A stretch of DNA of 64,000 nucleotides from positions 37,696,001 to 37,760,000 of the forward strand of contig NC_042998.1 in assembly GCF_006345805.1 (NCBI RefSeq). Direction: 5' to 3'. How positions within the stretch are numbered: position 1 is the stretch's first letter; the number at the start of each line of letters is the position of its first letter. This stretch comes from Octopus sinensis (taxonomy: Eukaryota). A program made the translations under genes and the position numbers. The notes under the pieces are model-generated. The model made no database searches. It was not told the DNA's origin and worked only from the letters and a program-made list of their open reading frames with translations. Positions 50,419 through 61,621 of this stretch are shown here, one piece after another.

Positions 50419-50567
50419 AATGTATTAATATGGAGTCCCAAGTTTTATGCGTTTTTAAAATATTTTCTTTGTGTATTAATACTCACATGGAACTTGCAAT
50501 TGTATGAGAAAAGTCGCACGAATAATTAACATGTGTGTGTGTGTGTATGTGTGTGTGTGTGTGAGAG

Positions 50568-51099
50568 TACGAGGTGTCAGTAAAGTTACTACACAGTTGC
50601 TTGTAATAAAGAAATATCACGGTTAGACGAAAAAGATTTTCAGGAAAATATATTACATCAGAAGATATTGTACGACTATAGACAATCCATTTCATTTAGT
50701 ACAGTTACGATAAATGTTCAAATTGGAAGCCATTAGCTTCAATGCCTTCTCGACAACACAAAAGCACACTGGGACAAACATACGTACACAAGTGTTGATC
50801 AAGGTTTGAAAATGCGTCAAATAATGAATTGGCGAAGATCTTCAATAATTCTTGGCTTCCTTGACTTACAAACTGTTCGCAAAATTGTGACCTGCGATCA
50901 GGACCACCCTCCAGAAGTCTGTGAATTAGGCGCTGAATTCAAAGTCTCATATTGAGTTTTGTAAGAATTTTATGCAGTGATGTTCGTTTGATGCCAATTT
51001 CTGAACTACCACGGCGAACTGATTTCTTTGGGCTTCTTACATTTGCCTCAGCAACCCGTACAATAGACTTGCTTTCAGCCCAGCTTTACGAACACCGTA
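50568..51099 (-). mobile_element. Internally deleted Tc1/mariner-superfamily element
   Basis: TIR-like tacgaggtgtcagtaaag / ctttacgaacaccgta; SPKKSVRRGSSEIGIKRTSLHKIL fused to C-terminal GIEANGFQFEHLS*. Confidence 0.8.
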
Positions 51100-51123
51100 T
51101 ATATATATATATATATATATATA

Positions 51124-51745
51124 AGAAGTTTGTTCAATAAGTATCCGGTCTGTTGCCATAGTAACGAAACTAAAGCAGGCAGAGTAAAGCCACTTGGCAA
51201 AGATTTACTTAACTTTGAACTCTGTTGTACACGCACAATGAGTTTTAACGTTGTATCTCACTTCTGCTGTTTACAGCAGTGCTTGGAAGGAAGGTGTGTA
51301 GCGTGTAATCATCGCATTGACCATGAGAGAGGAAATTGCCATAGCGATACCTGCGCAGAGGCCTGCGCAAAGATTCAGAAAGTGTATGGAGAACAGTGTA
51401 TGAGCCGCACACAAGTGTACGAGTGATTCAAACGTTTCCAAGATAGCCGAAAACGTGACGATATTGACGAGTGTTCTGGGAGACTCGCAACCAGCAGAAC
51501 TTAGAAAAACATCACAGATGTGAGTGCAGCTCTGCGGGGAAATTGTCGAATCACCATCCGTGAGTTATCAGATGTGCAGATTAGTTACAGTTCAGGTCGC
51601 AGAAGATTTGGGTACGAGACACATGACTGCCAAGTATGTGCCGAAACTGTTTTCAGCCGACCAAAAAGACACTCGGGTTTCAGTTGCACAAAATCTCTTT
51701 GATTGTGACGAGAAGGAAGAATACTTTTTTGAAAACTTTGCCTAG
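51124..51745 (+). mobile_element. Mariner 5' half (TIR plus HTH region of a transposase pseudogene)
   Basis: KIQKVYGEQCMSRTQVYE*FKRF...RITIRELS...EDLGTRHMTAKYVPKLFSADQK. Confidence 0.9.
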
Positions 51746-52007
51746 GCCCCTGAGCAGATATCGCCAAGCTTTTATCAAAAATTGACGCAGATTCTTTGCT
51801 CACCTTTCTCTGTCCTGTTCAATGCGACGATCGCACACGACACAACTCCCTTCCAAGCACTGCTGTAAACAGCGGAAGTGCGCTAGAACGTTCAAACTCA
51901 GTGCGCATGCACAACAGAGTTGAAGGTCAATCTGTATCAGGCGCTTCACTCTGCGTACTGTAGGTTCCTTACTATAGCAACAGTCCGGATTCTTATGGAT
52001 TAGACCA

Positions 52008-52012
<5 letters not shown>
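51746..52012 (-). mobile_element. Second mariner 5' end (related subfamily), inverted
   Basis: Reverse complement aligns to 51124-51365; reads EQRICVNF..KLGD. Confidence 0.85.
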
Positions 52013-52046
<34 letters not shown>

Positions 52047-52218
52047 GAGTATTGTAGTTCGCTTGAATCATTGTGTATTGTTTGTAAACTATAATAATAA
52101 ATAGTAATAATGTGCTTTGAATGGCACAACAATGCACTATCATAACAACAATGAACTATAACTGGTGTAATTTAACCATCCATGGTCTCTGTGTGTGTGT
52201 ATATATATAAATATATAT

Positions 52219-52430
52219 GGAGAGTTTACGAATCAGACAAAAGACGAAGACAGGTGGTATACAAAACAAACAGATGTATTAGTATAACGCTCAGGAATAG
52301 AAAATAGTCTTTTACGTTTCGAGCCTACGCTCTTCTACAGAAAGTGACACAGAAAAGACAAGGAGAGAAACAAGGAGATGAAAAAGGGAGAGAAAAAAAA
52401 TGTGTGTAGTGGCTAACGATCTATCATGGC

Positions 52431-52431
<1 letters not shown>
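52219..52431 (-). mobile_element. Mini-element family A, full length
   Basis: Reverse complement of 40880-41085; (TA)n both sides. Confidence 0.88.
52309..52344 (-). ncRNA. Minimal type-I hammerhead, variant core, all stems intact
   Basis: CUUU-CUGUAGAA-GAGC-GUAG-GCUC-GAA-ACGU-A-AAAG. Confidence 0.7.
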
Positions 52432-52474
<43 letters not shown>

Positions 52475-53041
52475 CACTATATATATACAGAGAGAGGGAG
52501 AGACCTATATTCAGACATACACGCACATTTTCATTTAAAGACACACAAACAAGCTGCACACATGCATGTGTTATGTATATTTGTATAATTGGGAAATACA
52601 CACAATCAGTTGGTCACTGTTGTACATTCCCATGAACATCCATACAGATGTGTGTGTGTGTATACATATATACTTGCACATGGATACACAGATGTGTGTG
52701 TGTGTGCGTGCGTGAGATGATAATTTCTCACCAGCTCTCATATATTTCAAACAGTTACCGGGTTATCCAGTTAATTTTACGTTTTCTAATTGAAGTAACC
52801 ATTGTGTATATGTAACAACTCATAGACATGCTTCCCAAGATAAACAAATGAATCGGTGACCTAAAATCATCGAAAAGAACATTCATGTCTCACCCGCTTC
52901 ACAAAAGCCAAATAACGAAACACAAGAACCAGCACTTAAAACATATTGTGACTTACAAAGACATTCATGTGCATGCATACACGCGCACAAACATACACAT
53001 GGATCAACATAGAAACACACACATGCGTGCACACACACACA

Positions 53042-53082
<41 letters not shown>

Positions 53083-53487
53083 GCACGGAATTTTGTCAGT
53101 GAACAGGACGCGGTCTCAAAGCGACGAGAATATTTGGTCAAATTAAATTTAAATGTTGAATTGAATCTAACGGTTTTTCTGTGCTTCTTAAACGGCTTAT
53201 AAACACCTTCCACGCTGCAATTGTTCATATATATATATACACACACACACATGCACACACACACATGCACACACACACATGCACGCACACACATAAAATG
53301 ATCCATATCCCCAATACCTCTAACAATGTCTTCCGTGCAGTTTTAATACCTCTATAATGACCCAGGAATATAGAATCCATTTATGTCAATAGAACGAAAC
53401 AAAGTCAAAATTATAACCTGACAACTATGTTGCTTATCTTTTGCTACAATTTACTTTCATATTGCAATATGCTAAGAGAGTAATGCA

Positions 53488-53708
53488 GCGACGTGGCAGA
53501 ATCGTTAGCGCGGCGGACAAAATACTTGGCGGTATTTCTTCTGCTTTTTACGTTCTGAGATCAAATTCCGCGAAGTTGACTTTGCCTTTCATTCGTTAGA
53601 AGTCGATAAAACAGGTAACAGTTGAACACTGGGGGTGGGGGTTGATGTAATCGACTCAGCCTATTCCCAGGAATTGCTGGCTTTGTGTCAAAATATGAAA
53701 TCAATATT
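53488..53708 (+). mobile_element. SINE-M2
   Basis: ggcagaatcgttagc head; gaattgctggctttgtgtcaaaa tail. Confidence 0.8.
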
Positions 53709-55029
53709 CTGTAGATGATCTTGTGGATGCTGCCCAAAGCAAAATTAGATTTTAGAGACAAATTTATCTGACAAAATTAAGGAATGTGATTTGTAGAAGG
53801 CGAACACATTTGTGAAATAATTAACCTCCGAGAACATAGGAGAGCAGCGATGTAGTTCTAATGACCATATAATGGGGGAAATACTAAAAGTCGGAACCAA
53901 GAAAGGTCCTGTCATGCAAAATATATGACGGTCACACATTCCGATTATCTTTCCTGTAAGATCAAGGTCAATGCATTTGTTATGAAGGATTAAGCAGCGT
54001 GAATTTATATTTCATTCCAATCAATAAGGTGAGATGTCATTTGTTAAGCCTGAAATCATTGGGTTTAACGGTAGAATTTCAATTGTTTTGATTCTGTCAC
54101 ATTAGATTCTGTTTATATGTTCTCTGCTGTGGAATATTAACACGGAGCAATACTTAAAACTTTGCCGGTTGCATTATTATTCTTTTTTATGGCTACAAAT
54201 TGGCAGAATCCTTCGAAATGTTGGACGAAATTCTCTGCGGCATTCTATGTTTTGCATTCAAATTTCGCCTCGATTTCGCATTTCATTCATCGTGGGTCGT
54301 TAAAGTAAGTAACAACCGAGGACTCGAGTCGATATGATCGTATATTCGCAAACACGAAATGGTCTTTTCTTATGCTAAAAATTAGTATCAACATATTTTG
54401 TTTGTTGTGAAATATACTAAACAAAATTTCAGTTTTTCTTTCTTTTTTATTCTCTTCTCAACATTCGTGTGATCATGTTTAGTCACTTAACAGAAAAAAT
54501 ATATAAAAGAAGAAAGAAATAATGAAAAGTGTAAGGCAGAAAAAAAAACACAAAATAGTCAAGATGGCGAGATACACATGTGACATGCAGAGAAATAAAG
54601 GAGAGAAAGAGAGAGACATGATTACTGAAGAATTCTATTTATCTGCTATCTGTCATACGATGATTGGAAATAGAACAGTTGCTGCTTTGCACGCTTAATC
54701 ACAGGAGCAACACTTGGCTAAATTTCCGGTTTTATTTTTATATTCACTGAGTATGTCGAAGTTGGTAGGCGAGTTTGCCATGTCCAAGGCCGTTAGCTTC
54801 TGCTCTGCTAGAGCCGCTCAATGTTTACCAATCTTCCAAAGTATTTGCTGAATTCCAATATATCTTAGATGATTATTTGGAGAAACTATTGTATGGGCGT
54901 AAAAGCTGAAGAAAGGAAGTTGTGTAAAAGGTCTCTATATGTGCATATTTTAAGCGTTTGTGGAGATGAGAAGGAAAGGTTTACGTTGCGCATGTGTGTC
55001 AGTGTATTTGTTAAGTATATACATAGACG

Positions 55030-55206
55030 CAGGCGTGACTGTATGGTAACAGGTTTGCTTCCCAGCCACAAGGTTTTGGTTTCAGTCCCACTGCGTGTCA
55101 TTTCGGGCAAGTGCTTTCCACTACAGCCTCAGGCCCACCAAAGCCTTTTCAGTGGACTTGGTAGACAGAACCTGAATGAATCGGGTCGCACGCGTGTATG
55201 TATGTA

Positions 55207-55267
<61 letters not shown>

Positions 55268-55495
55268 GCGCGCGTGTATATACACATATACATACATCTG
55301 CACGCACGCGCTTGTGTGTGTCTGTGTTTGTATTCGTCCCTCACCAACGCTTGACAAATGGTGCCGTCCTGTTTGTGTACACGTAACTTTGCTGTTGGAC
55401 AAACGTGATCGATATAATAGGGCCGGGGTTCGATTCTTCAGGGTAGTGCCCCAGCATGACCGCAATCAAATTACTAACACAACTAAAAGATAAAA
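55030..55495 (+). mobile_element. SINE-C, full length
   Basis: aggcgtgactgtatggtaac head, internal (TG)/(TA) tract, cccagcatgaccgcaatc tail. Confidence 0.8.
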
Positions 55496-56109
55496 GATAG
55501 CGACAGACAAATTGGCAGAGGCTGTGTTTCAGTCATTGGACATTTCTTCGCCCGTGTTTGATGTTGACAGGTGCAGAACTTATCTTTCTTGCAATTCGCA
55601 GGCGGCCATGACTGCCTTGCGTTCTGGAAATTTCCAATTATAAGCAAGGAATTTTATTCTATTTTACCAAAAATCTTTTATTGACACTGAATACTTTGAG
55701 AATGTCCAAGTGTGTCTCAGGTACCGTGTGGTAATTTCAGCGTGAGACCAAACTACAGTTTACATATAAGAAAATGGACATGAGAGCAATTCAGTGTAAA
55801 TAAAGTTAGCACAACTAGGTATTGAACTCAAAAAACTGGGGATACTTTCATGTGCAAATCGAATGATTGATTTCCAATATCGCTGACTCTGCCAGATGTT
55901 TGCCTCCTCCTAAATTCTTCTTTGAGCAATACATAAAAACCAAAGCAACACAAGGCATAAAAGAAGAATGAGAAATGAATACCGAGTCGCTGCGACAAGA
56001 ATATCTCTTTACTTGTTTCAGTCTAGAGGAATTTTAATCGAGAGATTACAACTCAGCGTCTTACATTTTATGCCTCTTATTATATCAGTCTCTTCTATAG
56101 AAATAACTA

Positions 56110-56628
56110 GGTTACTGAGATGTAAATAAACAGACACCGGTTGTCAAGCGGTGGTGGAGGAAAAACAGACACAAAGAAACACACACACACACACACATGC
56201 ATGTGTGTATATATTATATATATATATATGTATGTACATGTGTGTGTGTATGTATATACCTATTTCTTTATTACCCACAGAGGGACAAACAAGGACAGAC
56301 ATAGGTATTAAGTCGATTACATCGACCCCAGTGCGTAACTGGTACTTAATTTATCGACCCCGAAAGGATGAAAGGCAAAGTCGACCTCGGCGGAATTTGA
56401 ACTCACAACGTAACGGCAGACGAAATACCGCTGAGCATTTCGCCCGGCGTGCTAACGGTTCTACCACCTGTATATATCACGTGCTTCTTTCAGTTCTCGT
56501 CTATCAAATTTACTCACACAGCCTTGGTGGGCGCGAGGTTATAGTAAGGTGTCCAAGGTGCCAACTGTGTGATTTAACCCGGAATAATGTGGTTGAGAAG
56601 CAAGCTTCTGACCACACAGCCATGTCTG
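56110..56628 (-). mobile_element. SINE-C interrupted by SINE-M (56259-56465)
   Basis: C body at 56110-56258, C head at 56481-56628, M copy inside the internal microsatellite. Confidence 0.8.
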
Positions 56629-56784
56629 TATGAATATAAATGTAAATCATTCTTAAGACTGTAACATATAATTGCCAACCAAGTGTGGCGTCCTTTACAG
56701 GACAGTGTTACTGAGGTTTATAGTCCCAGGAAGACATCTCCTCCAGCTTGATAACGACACACACCCTGTATCCGATTAGTATTT

Positions 56785-56905
56785 GCAAGGGGAGGCTTTG
56801 GTCGGCCAGAAGCTATAGTAGAAAACACTTGCCCAAAGTACCAGGTAGTGGGACTGAACCCGGAACCATGTGGTTGGAAAGCAAGCCACTTACCACATTG
56901 AAACC
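56785..56905 (-). mobile_element. SINE-C head
   Basis: acacttgcccaaag...gggactgaacccggaaccatgtggttggaa. Confidence 0.8.
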
Positions 56906-56958
56906 AGGGACCAGTACGAAAGAGTTTAACGATTGTTTTATATTCGTTATATTTGAGT

Positions 56959-56997
<39 letters not shown>

Positions 56998-58028
56998 TGT
57001 ATATCTTTATAAATGTGTGTGTATGTGGCGTGTGACACGCAAAGACAAGAAAATACATATACTAATATATAATCTCTCTCTCTCTCTCTCCATCCTTTCT
57101 ATCTATTACATTCTCTGTATAAATATGTTGTGTTTGTGCGCCGAAATAAATATTTATGACACCATTCGTCTTGCATCAGATAACCTCCTAAAACGCAGTT
57201 TTATGTCTATTTAAATTTGACACATGAATTTACATTAAGAAAGTACAAAACACATGACAAACCAGAGGCACACTTTGAAATATCCGATATTTTGGATGTA
57301 TTTGCATTTTTAAATATTCTCTCTTACTTTTCCTATTTGCATTGTGTTTGTTAAGTTAATGATAATCGTTTCGTGTGACCGTCACCAGCAAAGTAAATGC
57401 TGAGCATAACAAAAAGCCTGCCATAATTACAAACTGATCAGTCTCTTTGTTAAGCGCATTGTCATAAATTGTAAGAAGCATGGCTTTGCTCTTGCAAGTA
57501 AAAGTTTCACTTTATATTTACTTTATTTTTAATGCCAACTTTACGAAAGTAGTATTGGATTTTAGTTTTATTCTTCTACAAAAAAAAAAAGAAGGAAAAA
57601 AGAAAAAGCCAAAACCTGCATTGAATCTGCTGACTTGGAAACACAGAATATATAGAAATAATAATGTTATGGAAAAACCTCTGAACTTCCGGCAATTTGG
57701 GGTAAATTTCCATAAGATGCTCTGTGGATATTCACTACTCTAGGCAAAATTTTGGCGTTGGCACGTTATTCAATTTGGCTAGATATCTGCACAAAATTTA
57801 AATGATCTACACATACGTGACTGAAGTACAATCGCATCCAGGCTAGGCTATCGACATTGCCAGTTTCCGCAGCACTTCAAAGAGTCTTCAACATTTCATC
57901 AGTGCATTCATTATATGTGAAATGGTTAGTTTTTGCAGCTTCTTTTTCTCAAACTATCTCAGTCTCATTATTTCTTTCAATGATACTGTACATACGTGTA
58001 TACTGACAAATACATATATGTATTTTGT

Positions 58029-58063
<35 letters not shown>

Positions 58064-58673
58064 TCAATATATGCCTATATATGTATACATGTGTCTTCAT
58101 ATAAATGTACACACAAACACACGCACATATTTATATACATGAAGATATATATGTGATATGTATATATATGTATACACTCACACGCACACATATATGCATG
58201 TATGGGTGTATATGTATGTGTATATGTATGTCTTGTTTTTAGTACTCCTGGATTGATACCAGGCTCAGGCCTTGGACTGTACAACCGCTACACTACCTTT
58301 CCGCATACACGCACCCTCTCACTTTGAACCAGCCAGGATCACCTCCCTGAAAGAGGAAAATTCCAAGCGAAGAACCGAGTCCAATATAACACTACTACCA
58401 CCACCACCACCACCATCAAGTGACTGAAGCCATTACGGCAACATTTGCCGCCCGAAGTGGAATCCCGTTAAAGCCCTAAATTCCCTCATGAGCCGACACG
58501 ATAAAACCTTGAACAAGGAACACACTGCAGGTTTAGATAATTGATCAGAGTCGATATTTGATGTTTTACGATTTCATCAACTTATTCTAATACCGAACTA
58601 CACATGTTATTTGCCAGAAATCTAGGACATGAAACACCATATATATTTGTACATATTCATATTGATTTATAAA

Positions 58674-58885
58674 TGTTTCAAATTTTGGCACAAGACCTGT
58701 AAGTCCCGGGAATGTAATAAGTCGACTTCATTCACCTCGGTCAATGTAGTCGACTTATTTTATGGACTCTGATAGGATGAACGGTAAATTCGACGGCGGT
58801 GGAATTTGAACTAAGAACATAAAGACTGACCGACTGACGCTAAGCATTCTGTCCAGCGTGCTTACGATTCTACCAGCTCACCGGC
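58674..58885 (-). mobile_element. SINE-M2, diverged
   Basis: tttcaaattttggcacaagacc...ggaatttgaac...ccagctcacc. Confidence 0.75.
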
Positions 58886-58959
58886 TTCGATTTATAATTT
58901 ATATTAATTTCCAGTATCATATGTTTACTGTGTGTGTTTAATCATTAATAATATTGATG

Positions 58960-59870
58960 CTACTCTTTGCCGCTCGACCAACGAGAAGAAATTCTCTCGT
59001 ACTTCTTTCTCGCCATCTGAATCCAGAAATAAGTCTAACAACAACATAGCCCCGACAACCTTCAACAAGCACAGAATTCATGACGTCGCTGAAACGAAAA
59101 TCTCTTTCATCACAAGAGTTCCCAAATGAATCAACTCAGATTAATTGCTCTACACCACATCCCAGGTGTAAAGTGGAATCTCCAAATATGTTGCCATTCC
59201 ACATCTCTACAAAATAATTGTCATTTCATTCAGCCCACAAGCGGATCTTTGCGATGTGATACAATGGGAACTCTTTAAATGAGAGAAAAGAATTTCGTCA
59301 TTTATTTTGTAAAATAGGAGAAAGTCAGGTAGCCATATTCAACATTATTTAATGCCATAGACTTAGGTGAATCTGTCGGCAACTATCTGAACTAGAATAC
59401 AAAAATCAGCAATTCTATCGACGTGGCCCGCTCTTTTGTCCATGAACTTACCATTCTAGAGATCCTAGAACTATGTCTTCTTTACATTTGTTAAGTCTCA
59501 TATTGACTATCTTGATGCCCCGCTGTAGAACCTTCAACGAACAATATGAAAATAATTGAAGCCCTATCCCAAAGGGCAATCACCTCCTACCCCACATACA
59601 AAGAACATGACAAGCTTTAATCATCATTATCTCGAAATTCTCAAACTGTTTCTCTAACCGCCGTGAACAGTATGTCGTTTATAAAAGACAGAAAAAAATA
59701 TACCCTCCACGTGTTTCCAACATTGTCGAGTTACAGCTTCACAAACTGCCACAAAATCAAGGCTCGGACCTACGTCTTCTACAAAAGTCATGAATTTACC
59801 ATATGAGAACATTGCAACACACATTTTTAAAAATTCGTTTAGCCCTGTTTTTTTTTATGTGTGTATGTGA
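58960..59870 (+). mobile_element. Decayed CR1/L2-like LINE RT region
   Basis: A/C-rich strand with weak GVPQ- and Q.DL...W-like traces; many stops. Confidence 0.35.
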
Positions 59871-59876
59871 TTGAAA

Positions 59877-60195
59877 GGGCGCGGATTAGTGGTTAGAGCA
59901 TTGAGTTAAAACCGTATTATGCTCGTGTGTTTAATACACGGCGACAGGTTGTCTCCTTGAGCAAAACTCTTTATTTCACGTTGCTCCGGTCCACTCAGCT
60001 GGCAAACATAAGTTATACATGTAATTCAAACAGGGCCAGCCTTGTCACATTCTGTGTCGTGCTGAATCTCCCTGAGAACTACGTTAAGGGTACACGTGTC
60101 TGTGGAGTATTCAGCCACTTGCACGTTAATTTCACAAGCAAAGTTTTTCCATTGATCGAATCAACACTCGTCGTTGTAACCAACGGCGTGCCAGC
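59877..60195 (+). mobile_element. SINE-V, near full length
   Basis: ttgagcaaaactctttatttcacgttgctccggtccactcagctgg body and aagggtacacgtgtctgtggag tail. Confidence 0.85.
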
Positions 60196-60935
60196 ATGTG
60201 TAAGTATGCATGTATGTGCATATTTGTGGTGTATATATCTTTTTATCGCTAAAATGTAGCGACAGAAATGTTTTCTTTCAAGCTGTTGTTTCTTGATTAT
60301 AACATTCCCTCTTGACTGCTACATTAATCTCACTGTTATAGTTTAAGAGGAACAAATTTTCTTAAGGGACATAAATGCTTCTGGAATATCTTAGCTGATA
60401 GAAACGGATTCACGTCAATAAATAATGACCAACGAGACTGCAATCTACGTAATATAGTCCGTAGAAGATGAGAGACCACAATGAGCCACGCGTATCAATG
60501 TCCGAGGTCTACTGTACCAAGAGGAACCTCACGGCGAAAACTCCTCCTCCAATCGATCCAGGAGTCCACCATTTATAATCTCCAGCTTCTCCTGTCATGG
60601 GAGATAACTGTTGCACATCTCAGCTTAAATTATTCATGATATTTCTTTGACCATAAATTCCCATTTATAGGAGTGAATAAAAACACTTGATTAAATTACA
60701 TGTTACTTTGTAGGTGTCGCCCAGGGGGCAGTCATCCGGTATTTGTTATGATGCAGAATGTCATGCGGTACTAAGGAATTCGATCGCTAAAAAGGGTTTC
60801 TGTGAATACCCACTGCCTACATGCACACACACACTCATATACTCATATACAAAACACGTTGGTGAAGTGTGTGTGTGAAAGAGAGAGAAAGAGAGATAGA
60901 CAGACAGAGAGTAGGAGAGAAAGATTTATGCAAAG

Positions 60936-60968
<33 letters not shown>

Positions 60969-61343
60969 TGGTTGTGCAATACATAACAGATTATTATAAA
61001 AACGATAGCAGTACGATGAAATTTCCTGTGAAAATTCTGAATGGTGTAGGAATGAAATTAATGATTTGTTTACATTGATCAACAGGGGTGGGCGGGATGG
61101 GAGTGGGTTAGCGAGCGTGTTAGTAATAAAGTCGTTGACATCATCATGTCAGGTTTTTCTCATTTTATTTATCAATCGTGTATTGAATAAATCGACAAGC
61201 GTTTCAATCACGGAGAATTCTTGCTAACACATACAAGCAAACACACACACCTACGTATTAGACTTATCAACAAACACCACAACACATTCGTGTTTCTGTA
61301 AATTATATTGTATATGTGCGTATGTATGTGTGTGTGTGCGTGG

Positions 61344-61379
<36 letters not shown>

Positions 61380-61464
61380 AGAGGGCGAAAGAGAGAGACA
61401 GAGAAAGATAAAACTGAAATTCATGCAATTGTAATAAAAGTTGCTTATCGCCATCACAATTCAG

Positions 61465-61621
61465 GCCATGTTGAAGCATCGATTTTTATGTCAGTCAAAA
61501 TATGGTGTATTCAGTGAAAGAGCATTATTTACGGGAGTCGATCCTTATTCATTGACAAATGATGAGTACAGCATTTGCGATATAGGGAACAGGCAGAGTA
61601 ACAAAAAACATAGGTTTGCGT
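61465..61621 (+). other. Candidate exon, product unknown
   Basis: ttcAG|gccATG, open frame MLKHRFLCQSKYGVFSERALFTGVDPYSLTNDEYSICDIGNRQSNKKHRFA, donor GTAAGT at 61622. Confidence 0.25.
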
